From NCBI RefSeq assembly GCF_009914755.1, contig NC_060930.1: 64,000 nucleotides of DNA; one strand, written 5' to 3'. Shown here piece after piece: positions 15,961 to 30,242 of this stretch (the stretch's first letter is position 1; each line of letters begins with the position of its first letter). Both the position numbers and the translations under genes were made by a program. The DNA comes from the human T2T-CHM13v2.0 reference genome, Homo sapiens. A model generated the notes under the pieces. It had not been told where the DNA came from. It worked only from the letters and a program-made list of their open reading frames with translations, and did no database searches.

Positions 15961-17799
15961 GCATATCGGGGGAAGTTGCTGGAAAGAGAACAATTAAAAG
16001 AGTAAAGTATAAAACCTAATTTAAGTAGGGAAGAAAAGAGAGAGAGACGTTAGAAGGTAAGGGGTTCAAGGAATTGGAGGTCCTTATTAGGCTGCAGAAG
16101 AGATGACAGTGAGTGAGAAAAGAAAAAATATGGATGTGGTCAGTCAGCAAACTGACATGTTGAAACAGCAGAGTTGGAGCAGTTCAATAGTACCTAATAT
16201 ATAAAGTGATGCCAAAGGGATGGCATGACCTATGATAACACCAGGGTACTAAATAGTGAATAGTAACTAATGTAGAATGGAGAAAAACATCAAAAATAGA
16301 AAGGGTATCACCATAAAGTCAATGGGATGTTGAATCAGAGAAGAGGTACACAGTCGAATGAGGAAGAGTATTGGAAACAATGTCTGCCCTTCTCTCCCTT
16401 CCTTTACCCTCCTTTTCCCTCCAGCGGAGGAGGTTTGGTGACTTGATTGCTCTCAGCAATATTACAAAAAACTATTTTTACCTGGTATCCAGGCACTGAG
16501 AATCAGGAAGACCAAAACCCAGTGTTCATAGCCTATTCTCATGAAACCTGAAGAACCCTCATCCATGCTAACCACATAAGGCTGCAGGCCTGTGAAATGC
16601 TGTGGTGTCTGGATAACGTACACCAGAAAAGGGGAGGGGCATAATATTTCCTCCCACACAAAGGTCTTTATCCAATCATTCATTCAAAAATTATTTATTG
16701 AGTGCCAATTATGTGCCAGCCATACAGTATGGAGCAGGATAGATGTCATCGCATCTAGTAAGAAGTTCAGACCTTGTCTCCAGGGATTTTTAAAACCACG
16801 ATTCCAGCCCGCAGAGTAAAAAATCATGTCTGTGTTGGTCGGAGAAAAGACACAAAACTGGCAATGCAACTGAGGAATCAATAAATAAATCTAATCTGTG
16901 AGGATTTTTTGTTTAGAAATAAACAAATTACCCACTTCTCACTATCTTTTTGCACTAATACCTTGAAAAAATGTAAATTGGACAGTGTAAACATGCAAAA
17001 TTGTTGGCATGTAGGAGAGAATTTTTCTACTTTTCTAAAGATTCAAGACTCGTTTTTGAGTCCTAAAAACAAACACATTAAGGACAGAAGAAGAATCATA
17101 ATACTGTATATGTAACCCAAATAAGTTATAATTTTAAGTAAATAACATCATATATACAATATAATAACCTAATAATTAGATATGAGACCATATTTATTTT
17201 AACTCCTTCCCTAATAACAAGTAGAAGATGTCTAACCCACAACAGTCATAGAAATAGCTAGTCCTTTTTTTTCGTTTTCCAAAAAAAATCACCCTGAAAA
17301 TTGTTTACTAGTAGAATGATTCAAATTTCTCTTCTCCATTGATAGTGGATTTTATTTTAGTAAATTTATAAACATACAGCTTATTAAAATGTTCAGTCTC
17401 AGCAAAGCCTACAGAACATCAAAATTTTAATGCCAAATAAATCACAAAAAAGTAAAATCGTTTTTAGTTATACCAGCATAGCTACAGCACTCAGCTTAAA
17501 GCTACAGGAAAAGATGGAAAGTGTTCTCTATCTGCCTGCTTATCATCTTATTTACCAAAACCCTGCTTGAACTTATTATTTTACATCAGGCTATCGTCAT
17601 TTTAGCAGACTAAGACTTGGCCTACATGTTACTGAATAAAGTATATGGCATCTGTGGTCTTCATAGAAATAATAATGAGGAAGAATCTCATATATGTGTA
17701 TATGTATTTATGATTTACATATATACAGACGTATCACACACTCCGAATGGAATACAGATTTCCTTCAATGACAGCAACAACTCAATGACCCGCCCACTA

Positions 17800-19010
17800 G
17801 CATGGCTAAAATACTAAACCACTAGATAGCTTTATGTGAACTTGAGCTTGATTGTTTCTTAGCTCTGCTTCAGAACCTCATGATCATGTGCATGCAATTT
17901 CTACAGAAGCGGAAACGTAGATGCTGTGGGTCAGTGAGCATTCCTTTCCAGGGTGCTTCTGAGATGAAGCCCCACGATTAACACAGGGCCCTTAATGATG
18001 GGCGGGGGACTAAGCATTCCAAGATTGGCCTGGATTCCTGCCAGAAGGGAGAGAAAGGGGTCTTTGTATGTGGACATCTGAAGGGCGGGCATAAACATGT
18101 TAGTTGATACTTAACACCCAAAACCAGTGCCAAAACCGTTAGCTCCCCTCAATAGCCTACTCTGGTTTCAACTGTCCGCGACAATGGAGCAGCCACCTCA
18201 ATATACAAAACTTGCTCTTTAAACATCCTCAGAGGAATTCCCAAAATAGCAGCTGTTAGAAGCAAACAGACTCTAATTCATTGACATATGCAGACCTTTT
18301 AATGTTTTTCTGGTGACGTTTACATTTTTTTTTGTACCTACGCCATCTATGCATTTTTAATAATTACCTTGTAGATTACGTATGCAATCCCTCCAGGCAC
18401 TTGAAGAAGGAGCCCCGGGATTCATCATCAGATGAAATTGTTAGTTTTTACGGCAAGAGGCCCAGCTAATTTATGCGGGGAATTTTTCAGACGTTTTTCC
18501 TCTGGGCTCCCTTCCCTGCTGTCCTCGCGCCTTTCTTCCTCAGTACATTAAGAGATTCTGATGTGCCTGCAGCAACATCCGCCAGTGGTGGCTGACTGTA
18601 GAGATGCCAGCCAGACTTCCCTGCGGAGGAGCCCGGCCATGTGGGCCGCCTCGGCAGAGCGCGCTCCCTCGGAATCCCCTCTGGGATCCCCCTTCCACCA
18701 GAGCTGAATCTAATCTCACACCTTCAATAACTTTTGTGGGCTCAGTTTAGTTTCTGGCAGACAGTTATCTGTGTTACATAAATTCCACACGAAAAGTAAG
18801 CAACCTCCTATCTCTAGAGAACCATTGGCCAGGCAAGTTGCTGCTGCAGAGGCAGCTCCAGAAACTTCGGCTTATAAGTGGCCATGTGCAGCCAGATAAG
18901 AGAATAAAATGTTGTATTTGCAGTGCAAAGGGCTTTGATTCCCCTCTCCCCAGGTTTATTCATGCAAAATATTAATAGCAACTCTACATTAAGAGGCCGT
19001 TGGGTGATAG
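17800..19010. promoter_or_regulatory. Candidate distal enhancer / conserved non-coding element with an orphan CpG cluster
   Basis: Within a block of about 4 kb with no recognisable TE; about 15 CpGs in 18380-18670; motifs ACAATGG (18181), TAATTTATGC (18467), CTTTGAT (18933), ATGCAAAAT (18962). Confidence 0.55.
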
Positions 19011-19014
19011 ATAT

Positions 19015-19080
19015 ATGTGTGTCTGTGTGCGTGTGTGTGTGTGTGTGTGGTGTGTGTGTGTATATACATATATATATATG
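19015..19080. repeat. (TG)n(TA)n compound microsatellite
   Basis: Direct reading. Confidence 0.95.
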
Positions 19081-21077
19081 AGACAATTCGATAGATGACA
19101 GATGGTTAGTACATTTTTTAATGAACCAGGATGTAACTCTGAAATGTCAGTTTTCAACAAGCAGCTTAATTGTGGCTACTACAGGACATTAGCATCAATA
19201 TGGATGCTTATTTAGGAAAGCAAAATCCTTGCAAGCCTCAGCAGCTCTAAATGGAAAATTATTCCTAATAAGGAAATCATTTAATGGGTACGACTACAAA
19301 ACACTATTAAAAGTGAAACTATTTAATATATTTATAAAATGAAGTCTCTCCAAGAATACATATAATAGTGTTTAAATTTCAATATGATAATACATAACCT
19401 GGATATTACTAAGATGTAAAACTTTATTACTCTTAATTACCTTTAATAATTTTTTAATCATCAAACACCATAATTGTTTTACAGAGTGGTATTATTTGGA
19501 AGAACTTTTGTTTAATAAACTCCTTTCTTTATTTGTAGTAGAATAATAGTGATACAGTGAGGAATGACAAACTTTTGGTATCACTTAGAATTCTGATAAA
19601 GGTGAATGCAGACATTACAAACTTAACAAGTCTTTTGTGTGACCTAATTGCATTAGAATATATTAGCAAGGTTGCATAGTGTAGGTTTTATGTTCCATTA
19701 GAAAGGTCATCACCGATTTGGGTTGAATCGTTAAAGATAGGAGACCACATTAGCAGAGTGCTCTTCAAGGGGCTGAAGGATGAATATACTTTGCTTCATT
19801 AGCATTATCTCATTGTAACGCAATATTCTAATTTTACAGTAGGAAGAGACAATAGGAGAGCTCCGAATCCCCAGATTCCACATTCCTCTTATTATAAACC
19901 TATGGGTAATTGCACCATGCCATTGTTTCTCTAAAACGTAAACCTAATACAGTAAAAGAAGCCAACCTATTTGTTTTTCTGATTATTATCAAAGATATCA
20001 GCTCCATGACATGCTAAATCATAGACCTTACCCTCCAAACTGTCCTGTTCTTTTTAGCATTTGAATTGCTGTTTTAAAAGGTCTTATGCTATTTTAAAAC
20101 AGCACAATTTTAAATTCCAGAGTTATTGAATCAAATACATTACAAGATGTCTATGTATAAATCTTAAATGTTTTTATGGATTTTACAAAAACATAAGCCT
20201 CAATAATCTTCAATTGGTGTTACTTATAATTACCCCGGAAGGAAATTTTAGTTGCTATATTTCTATCACTAATGGCAAAGAGACATAAATGTACCTGGTG
20301 ATTAATCCTGGTAAGAATTTTGTTAGTATCCTTAATATCTACAAAAAGAATAACAAACTATCCTGTCATTTAATCTTCAGATTACATGGGCAGACAGACC
20401 CTTGTGTTTGACTCTTTTCTGTTACAAAGAACAAAAATATGCAGATTATCTTACATAATGAGCTTCACTATAAGGTTGCCAAGAGAGTAAGGAAGCACGA
20501 AAATCTTGTAAGGAAGCTGAACATCACTTATGCTGCCACTGCAATGTCAAAAGCTTCACAGCAGCTCCAGGGGTCTGCCATTTGTGTGCCTCGGTTTCCC
20601 TCTCCTCTGTTTCATGGCTTCTGCTTGTCTGCTTTCAGGGCATCACCTCACTTCAGAGCCACTCTTTTGGTCTCCACCTCTTTTTGCACATTTTCAAGTC
20701 AACCACCCTAAGAGCAAAGATAGTCATTGGAGTAATTAATCCTTATCCAGGTTAGAACAACCATAAAGGATGGCGTTCTTCTCAGCCCATCTCAAATGCT
20801 GACCTAGAATATGGCCTTTAACTCAGTTACTGACCCCAGGCCCAACTCTGGCTGTGGCCTTAGTAGTAAGGTCACATGACAAAGCAGTAAATGTTTATAC
20901 AAGGAACTACTTGCTTATAAAGGGACTATGGATATGAGGTGAGCACCCAAAGCATGACGAGCATTCGTAACCTCAATACACAACACAGAATACCTCACCG
21001 GAGAATACAGCCTCAAACTGCCTACCATCCACAGGAGAAGAACTGAAAGGACTTGCTAGCTGTCCATTCCTCTAGAG

Positions 21078-21400
21078 CAACAGTCCCCAGCCTTTTTGGC
21101 AAGGGTGGGGCAAAGGGAAGAGGGGGACCTGGGGGATGTTTTTGGGATGAAATTCTTCCACCTCAGATCACCAAAGCATTAGTTAGATTCTCGTAAAGAG
21201 CGAGCACCTAGATCCCTCCATGTGCAGTTCACAATAAGGTTCCTGCTTCTGTGAGAGTCTAATGCCACCACTGATCTGACAGGAGATCATGCTCAAGTAG
21301 TAATGCTCACTTGCCCACTGCTCACCTCCTGCTGTGTGGCCAGTTTCCTAACAGGCCATGAACTAGTACTGATTCGCAGCTCAGGGGTTGGGGACTCCTA
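21078..21400 (+). mobile_element. MER1B (hAT-Charlie)
   Basis: Termini caacagtccccagcc / ggggttggggactccta; body cacctcagatca...gttagattctc; perfect 8-bp TSD ctctagag at 21070-21077 and 21401-21408. Confidence 0.92.
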
Positions 21401-22580
21401 CTCTAGAGGGACCAAGGTGCATATCAAAAACTCTCATTAGTGCCATATTGTCTTGATTCTTTATGGAACTGCTTATACTGGGATACTTTTTTTGTAGTCT
21501 GCCTTTAGCTTTCGTATTAATTGAGAGGAAACAAAAAGCCTTCTTTTTGGAAATCTTTTATTTCATTGCCTATAAGAATATTATTGAGAGCACCATTCAG
21601 GCCCTTCTTATATGTATTTCTATGAAGGAAATTTCTTTTAGGGCTATGTGCTCAGAATCGTTTTCTGTGCCCCAGAGAAAGTGTTTGTTTGATCATCTTG
21701 AACAGTTACCCAATTCTGCCTTTTCACTCAAGCCACTAGGAAGCTTAAACCTTAATATAGAGCACAACTGTTACAACTGTGCCCTATCTTGTTTCTGATC
21801 TTGACTCTTCTTCTAATTCCTATTTTCCTTAAGCCTATTTTTAATATTTTGTATTTTACCATTCTTCTTGTAAATTGAATCCCTTGAGAAAATAGAGTAT
21901 AATAAATAACATTTTTGAAAGACACAAATGGCAAATAGCCTAAGACACAAGAAAAAAACATGATATTTTATCCTATCATACTAAATTTCTGAGACAGCCG
22001 CAAAGATCCCCTGATATCTGTCTGTTCCATTAAACTAAGAATTTAGTTCAAAACCACTGCAGAGGAAGACCTGATCATAAACAACCATTGTAAATATCAG
22101 AAGCAATTTTATATCTGAAAAATGTCACAAGTATTTGAACTCTATCTACTTCAAAAGATCAATTTAAATTATCATAACTAGTACCTAATCCTATAAAATG
22201 TATAGTCAACACCATTTCTCATGGCAATCTTGCTGAGGAAAATATTATACAGAAATAAAAAAAAAAACAAATTAAAACTGACCACATAGTGTTGATATTA
22301 ATAGGAAGACATACATTGCCCATCTTTTGTTAATAAAAGGGAAAGAGGAATAATCAGCATGATTAGGAGCCTTTCTTGTTAAAAGCAAACAAAAAAAAGC
22401 TTGAAATGTTTCAAAACCCTATTTCTAGTGTTGTTTCTATAGATCAGTAAGCTATAGTGAATAAATAATTTGTAGTTTTAATGGAAGAATGATATGCTAT
22501 AAGAATAAATGTTTATTACAGTCTCTGCTTCTCCAGTGTCCTGAATAAGGGTTTGTCTGAGACTACCTAATGTTTTATTT

Positions 22581-22856
22581 TTTTATTTTTTTATCATTAT
22601 TTTTTTGAGACGGAGTCTCACTGTGTCACCCAGGCTGGACTGCAAGTGGCACAATCTTGGCTCACTGCAACCTCCACCTCCCAGGTTCAAGCAATTTTCC
22701 TGCCTCAGCCTCAGAGTAGCTGGGATTACAAGCACCTGCCACCAGGCCTGGCTAAGTTTTTCTATATTTTTAGTAGAGACAGGGTTTCACCAAGTCGGCC
22801 AGGCTGCTCTTGAACTCCCGACCTCAGGTGATCCACCTGCCTTGGCCTCCCAAAGT
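22581..22856 (-). mobile_element. AluS, 5'-truncated
   Basis: Reverse Alu ending at ctcccaaagt (first ~35 nt missing); TSD taatgttttattt 22568-22580 / taatgttctattt 22857-22869. Confidence 0.93.
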
Positions 22857-25209
22857 TAATGTTCTATTTAACCCTAAACCACCATTGATCTCCACAAAGA
22901 GGTCCCAGTCAAATGCACCCAGAATTATACCAGCTGCAGGTCTAACAAAAAAAACTTTCTCAGATTGCGCTAAACAGTCATTTTTGTGTTACTTTTTCAA
23001 ATATAGTCCTTTATATCTTACACACACAGACAGACTTCCTGGTATTCTTCTTCCAGACAAACTAAGATAATTTGCTACATCCGTAGATCCAGGTGACATG
23101 CTACCTCACAAAATCAAACAAGAATAATAAAAGTAAAAAGAAATTTTCATTTAAGGCAGAAGAATTTTTAAAGTGATAAAAGAGACTCCCAAGTTCTATA
23201 TCTCTCTCTAGTGAAGATGAAAATCATGTTAAACACCAAATACACTTGTCTAATTACATCAGGAAATACTGTTCTGTATTTGCTAATGAAATGTGATGGT
23301 ACTGTATTCACTGAGAGCCAAAACAAAGTGAAGATATAACATTCTAATTACAAAAAGGCACTTGGTAAAGTGGTTGTATGCTTTGAACTGTAATAAAAAT
23401 TAATAAAATTATGTAAATACAAACAGTTACTGAAAATGTGGCACTCTAATTTTAGAAAAGCCACAGAACATAATGACTTAAGAAACTTCAAACCATTTAT
23501 AACCTCATTCAGTTCACAGAGAAGACTAATGAGAAAATGTTTGTCTAAAAGGCTAATATTTGTTTTAATATATTTACTTCATTGCTCTAAGTATGAAAGC
23601 CACCCCATATTCTTTCGGCAGTAAGGGTAAAATCCTAAATAAATGAATATGTAAGCACAAATTTCCCATCCCCAAGCGTTTTGCAATCTTCCAGCTAAGT
23701 TGCCACTGATGCATTCATAAATGTCTTAATGGCCTTACTATGTGGAATCCTGTTATAATGCAGGAGCCAGAGGACACTCAGAAACCCCATACTTTATGCT
23801 TTCCAGGTTAGAGGAAAAGAGATGCACCACACATCACTATGTACACAGAGAACATGATTGGACCTCCATGATCAAATCCTTGCTATAACCAGGTGCCTTG
23901 TAATAGGTTTTTATCATAGCTGGCACTTACTGATTCTCCACAGTAGGCTTTGTTCTGTACTAATTTTCCATCCTGAAATCTCTTTATAGCATTCATGTTG
24001 ACTCAAGAAATGCAGTGTCTTTAAAATTAAACTTAGGAATATATGTTCTATTAAATTTTCTTATAATTTAAACATGAAACTCATTATTAAAATTCATATA
24101 GCATTTCTCTACATATTAATTCTTTAAAATTAATATTTTCATTGACTATGACCAAGATCAGTGAAGGGATAAGCTTTCTAACTTTCATCACTTAACAGTA
24201 TCTTGTCCAAGAAGTGAATACGCCTCTAAACCAAATAAGCAATTTTAAAACTCTTCAAATGTTGTGTCTCTGAACTGTCTGAATAAATACCATATTCTTT
24301 ACTAACAGTCTTCAAAGATAAATGTACTTATTCTCAATATACTTACTCAAGGAGTTGTAAAGGGACCAGAGATAATTTAAAAGGTCCCTACTTTAGTATG
24401 CAGGGAAAAAAAATACTACTTCAAGTCTGAAAATATATAATGGAGAGTATATCTTCCATTTGGGTCTGATTACTTTTTGTAATCTACTGGGAGTTAATAT
24501 AAGAGCACATATCTTCTGTACTTCTATAGAAGAAGTCTCCCCAAAGGTAGGTATAAGAATTATACCATCTGCAGAGGATGTGAATTTACTCTGGTAAAAT
24601 TGCTACAAATATACAATGAAAATTATCTGTATAATTTTGTGAATGAAAATTGGAAAGATATTATTTTCAGTCACTCTTAGGATGTGATGATGTAACAGTG
24701 AAGGACCTACTTAATCCATAAAAATATATCATTTATTTTGCTTTTAACATGGATCTTTAAAAAGAATACTTCAAATATCTAATATACTGTAACAAAATGG
24801 GAATAGTATTTAAAACAGCCGGATTAAACATCTAAATAATAAATATCACATGGCACTGCACATCTGTTCTTTGTAGTGTTTTCTGGTAATGCAGCATAGT
24901 GCGGCATTTCAGCAAACCAATTCAAACATAAGGATCGCTACAGAGCAAAAGCTCTTGTCACTGTTTGTGATTGTCTAATGGTATATGGTCCAATCATAAA
25001 GGGCAGCTGACAGGCTGGTATAAGAAATGAATTTTCTTCTTCCTCCTGACACATCAGAGTAAGGCCCCCTGCTGTAATGCAGAAAATCTTTTATGCAAAA
25101 AGAATACACCATCTTTCAACACATGATTACTATTCAGAAGATTCTGACTAGGGTTTTCTTTGGTGCATTTTTTAAAATACCCATACAAAATTGCACAAAG
25201 AGCAAACCA

Positions 25210-25350
25210 GGTCTAGGCTTATACATTATCTCTCCTCTTCAGTCATTCTGTGACCTGGTGCAAATTATCTTTTTTCTCAATACCTTCATTTCCCCATCTT
25301 TGAAATGGGGATGATAATAATAAAATATGGTTCCTTTCCTAGAATAAAAT
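25210..25350 (+). mobile_element. MIR fragment
   Basis: ctgtgacctggtgcaaattatc...ttccccatctttgaaatggggatgataataata. Confidence 0.7.
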
Positions 25351-25599
25351 GAGAATTGATTAATATTTTAGTGTCAAGGAAGCAGTGTTACCTTTTCAAA
25401 CACTTAAAGAAATAACAATCATACTAAAAGCCCCAAAGTAAATTGAAAATGTTGCATAATGTAACATTTTAAATTTTAAATATTTTAGATATGTTGCCTA
25501 AAATGTAAATATTTTCACTCTCCTTGTCACAGACAACTCAAAAAGCAAGCCTAGTGGATAAGTCCATGGAAGAACATGGTGCCTGTAAGAGTGAAAACT

Positions 25600-25800
25600 A
25601 AATATTTATCATCTGTAAACTATGTGTTAAGAACTTTGGTAAATACTTTACATTTATTTTCTCATTTAATCCTCACAACTTCTCTATGAAGTAAGCACTA
25701 CTGTTAATTTCATTTTATAAATGAGAAACCTGAATCTTAGAAAGTTTTTAAAAATTGTCTCCTAGTTAAAATAGCCATGGGTGGGAGAATGTTTTGAACT
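25600..25800 (-). mobile_element. MIR
   Basis: ctcatttaatcctcacaacttctctatgaagtaagcactact...cattttataaatgagaaacctga. Confidence 0.8.
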
Positions 25801-26858
25801 TTTTAAGTATTCCAGTAGTCAAGCTAGAGTCCACCCCAGCCTTCACTGTCAACTACTATGCTATGTGATATTTATTCACTTGATGAGGTAGACAGTATTT
25901 ATGGGGAGGACGAGAAGGTGAAAAAAATATGAGGAGAATTTTGAGCTGGAGAAGACATAAGACACTGGTGCTCACCCAGGACAGACAACTCCGTCCTCTC
26001 AATAAAGCACAATTGAAGAGTGACTCCAAGAGGAGAGAGACATTTAGGTGAGCTGAGGGGCAGGTGGGGAAGGTTTGTCAGAGCAGGCAGCAGGCTTCGT
26101 GGGCCTCAACTAAATTGGACTGAGACTCATGGAGAAATGGGGAAAAGGATTGGGCAGGCGGAGTTCCCCTGGGAGAGTCAAGTACGATTATGCCAATAAC
26201 AGAGGCGAGGCAGAGGTTGGGAGGCAGGCTGGAGGCACGCTAGTCACCTGGGAAAGGAACCTCTGAAGGAAAGAGGTACTAATGAATGTGATTTATGTGA
26301 GTTCATGTTCATAAGGCTGTATAAATGCAAGTTGTTATTGCTTGAGGAGGCTTAAATTCACCAGAAGGAAAGTGTTACATAAGAGAGACATAGGAATAAG
26401 ATATTCTGTGCAAATTAACTGAGGCTGCTATTCTGTGGCTAACAACATCCTACCTCCGGCTGAGTATCCTATTACCTAGTCTGAGATGGTCGGGGAATAG
26501 ATCAGCGGTACTTTCAAGAGGTGGGGAAAGAAATCTCCAAAGCACACCCTGACAGAGACAGAGGTGCTGCTGGAGCTTTTAAGAACAAGAAAGAGCCTCC
26601 TCCTCTGGCGAAGGAGTGGGCTAACCAATAGAAATGCTCGAAGGGAGTTTAGGAGTGAAGGGGGCACCCCAGGAGTGCTCCCTGAATGGAGGGAGCATCC
26701 ACAGAAGATGCTCACAGCACAGGCTTAAATGTGAGTTTGAGGACCTCTAACTTGATTAAAATGTCAACTTTTATCCTCATATCCCAGGGTTGCTTAAACT
26801 GAGGTCTGTGGGAATATTCTGAAAAATCTGAGTTTTTAAGTTCAAGAAATGCTGTCAA

Positions 26859-26970
26859 GTGCACACTACTTGGGTGACGGATTCACTAAAATCCCATAAA
26901 TCAACACTAAAGAACTTATCCATGTAACCAAAATCTACCTGTACCCCCCAAAATGATTGATATTAAAAAA
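26859..26970 (+). mobile_element. Very short L1 3'-end insertion (L1PB/L1MA-type)
   Basis: cactacttgggtgacgg...cactaaagaacttatccatgtaaccaaaa...cctgtacccc + A tail; TSD aagaaatgctgtcaa 26844-26858 / aagaactgctgtcaa 26971-26985. Confidence 0.85.
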
Positions 26971-27197
26971 AAGAACTGCTGTCAAACACCAAAATCCTTC
27001 TGAGATTACCTAATTTTTTTAAAAAATGTATGCATCTGGGGGCCGTTTTATGAAAAAGAATAAAAAGCTATGAACAAAAATTATATACCAAAGTGAGTAT
27101 GTAAGGAGCTTTGAAGGTTAAGCACAGCCTTTGCTCAGGCAGGGACAGAAAACAGAGCAGGCAGTGAGTGTCAGGCCTTCCACTCCACCTCATTATT

Positions 27198-27690
27198 TGA
27201 AAAAGATACTTGCACACACATGTTTATAGCAGCACAATTCACAATAGCAAAATTGTGCAACCAACCCAAAAGCCCATCAATCAATGAGTGGAAAAAGAAA
27301 CTGTGGTATATATATACAATAGAATACTACTCAACCATAAAAAGGAATGAATTGACAGCATTTGCAGTAACCTGGATGAGATTTGAGACTTATTCTAAGT
27401 GAAGTAACTCAGGAATGGAAAACCAAACATCATATGTTCTCACTGATATGTGGGAGCTAAGGTATGAGGACACAAAGGCATCAGAATGATACAATAGACT
27501 TTGGGGACTTGAGGGGAAGAGTGGGAGGGGGGTGATGGATAAAAGACACAAATATGGTGCAGTGTATACTGCTCAGGTGATGGGTGCACCAGGATCTCAC
27601 AAATCTCTACTAAAGAAATTATGTAACCAAATACCACCTGTACCCCAACAACTTATGGAAAAAAATAAATTTACAAAATATAAATAAATA
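27198..27690 (+). mobile_element. L1PB-type 3' fragment
   Basis: ORF2 end MFIAAQFTIAK..NQPK.PSINEW; gaagtaactcaggaatggaaaaccaaacat 3' UTR; A-rich tail. Confidence 0.92.
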
Positions 27691-27969
27691 GATTAGATTA
27701 ATTCACCATGTTGAAAACTGTTAGGATTCTGACTCATTTCTAAGTAATGTCAGTAAAACTGGGATGATATCCCTTAGGAAGAGGTCACTGTTGAGTTAGT
27801 TTAATGACTCGTATGTTGTTTGAGGTGATTTTTTTATATATTCAGAGGAAATATGTGTTGAATCTTTTAGGAAGTCTCGTAAAAGCTATTGCAAAGGATT
27901 CTGAAGACGAATGCTATAAAGTGTAAATTAAACACCAAACTAAAGGTATTATAATAGAAAAGAAACTAG

Positions 27970-28158
27970 GGACAAATCCCAGTTTCATGGAACCTTGGAC
28001 ATTTACAAGTTGGGATCCTCTTTAAGAAAAATTTTTAAAATTATGAATAAAATGTATATACAAAAGCAAACATTTTCAAATGAAGCTAGTAGACGCCCTG
28101 GCAAATAAGGGGTCTTGAAGGTTTAGCATCATTAACTTCACAGTAAATCCACCTCCTG
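27970..28158 (-). mobile_element. Ancient hAT (Tip100-type) DNA transposon fragment
   Basis: End ...gcatcattaacttcacagtaaatccacctcctg resembles a Tip100-group terminus; subfamily uncertain. Confidence 0.4.
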
Positions 28159-28460
28159 GAAGGAGCTATAAATTATCATGCTCCTTCATCTTCTGAGTCA
28201 CACAACACGGGGCCTGAGATCCTTTCACGGGAATAAATTAAAGGTTATCTTTCCTCATAATTAGGGCAGAAATAAAGAGAGGTTAGTTGGCATTAAAATG
28301 AACATGTCAAAATGATTCCTGTAAGCAACCAAAAATCAGGAATGCAACAATGAGGCAGGACTTAGGGGTAACTCATGAGTAATTCTGCAATTTAAAAAAA
28401 TTTAATCAGCATCATTTATTAGAAAATAACATAAAGTTAAAAATTCAATTGTTCTGCTCT

Positions 28461-28465
28461 CGTGT

Positions 28466-28501
<36 letters not shown>
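28461..28501. repeat. (TG)n microsatellite
   Basis: Direct reading. Confidence 0.95.
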
Positions 28502-28503
<2 letters not shown>

Positions 28504-28714
28504 TATACAATTCTACTCCTAGGTATGAATATGTGTATATATATTGGAACAATTTTGCACTTATCTACCAGGAGACATGTACAAGAACATTCAGAGCAAT
28601 GTTGTATGTAATAGCAAATAATGATCATTTTTAAAACCTACATAACCACTGCCAGAGTAGAAATAACTGTGATTTATTCACTTGGTGGAATATTAGACAG
28701 CATTGAAGAGAGAC

Positions 28715-29335
<621 letters not shown>

Positions 29336-29420
29336 AAAATGCACAACCATAGAGATCAATCTTAGACACCACAATATTGAAGAGGAAAAAAAGGCAAGTC
29401 ACAGAGGACTACATAAAATA

Positions 29421-29674
29421 CTGCATATTCTCACTTCTCAGTGGAAGCTAAACATTGAGTACATATGGACGTAAAGAAGGGAACAACAAACACCGGAGCC
29501 TACTGAGGGTGGAGGGTGAGAGAAGGGTGAGGATCGAAAAACTACCTATTGGGTACTATACTTATTACCTCAGTGAAAAAATAATTTGTACACCAAATCC
29601 CTGCAGCACACAATTTACCTGTATAGCAAGCCTGCACATGTACCCCAGAACCTAAAATAAGTTTTAAAAAAAAA
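29421..29674 (+). mobile_element. Old L1PA (PA15/16-like) 3' end
   Basis: gagggtggagggtgagagaagggtgaggatcgaaaaactacctattgggtactat...cctgcacatgtaccccagaacctaaaataa; TSD tacataaaata/tacataaagta. Confidence 0.88.
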
Positions 29675-30175
29675 TACATAAAGTATAATGTCTTTTTAAT
29701 AAAGTTTAAATACAAGAAATACAAAACAATATATTCTGCAGAGACACATGTGTGGTGAAACCAATTTTTGAAGCAAGGAAAAGATTAATGCAAAATTCAA
29801 TTTAGGAGTGACCTTTCAGAAAAGTGGATTTGGGCAGGAAATACACAAGTAGACACAAGGATACTGGCAATGTTCTACACTGAAGTAAGAAGACTGATTC
29901 AAGACTGTAGTTTTCATTACTAAGCTCAACGCCTTAGTTCTATTACATATATTGTCTGTACTTATCAAATAGTATATGTAACTATTTTAACCAATGAAAG
30001 TAAGGTTTAAATAGAGTATTTTAATTGTGTCTCATCATATTTTTGGTCACCTACACTACTTCATCTCTCAAACCTTGTTTGGGGGGAAAAATAAAACCAA
30101 TATTCTGTTCAAACTATAATGCAATGGCTTTCAAATGATTTGACCACCAAACAAGCAGATGTGACGTTATTTATG

Positions 30176-30177
<2 letters not shown>

Positions 30178-30240
<63 letters not shown>
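30178..30240. repeat. (TA)n(GA)n compound microsatellite
   Basis: Direct reading. Confidence 0.97.
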
Positions 30241-30242
<2 letters not shown>

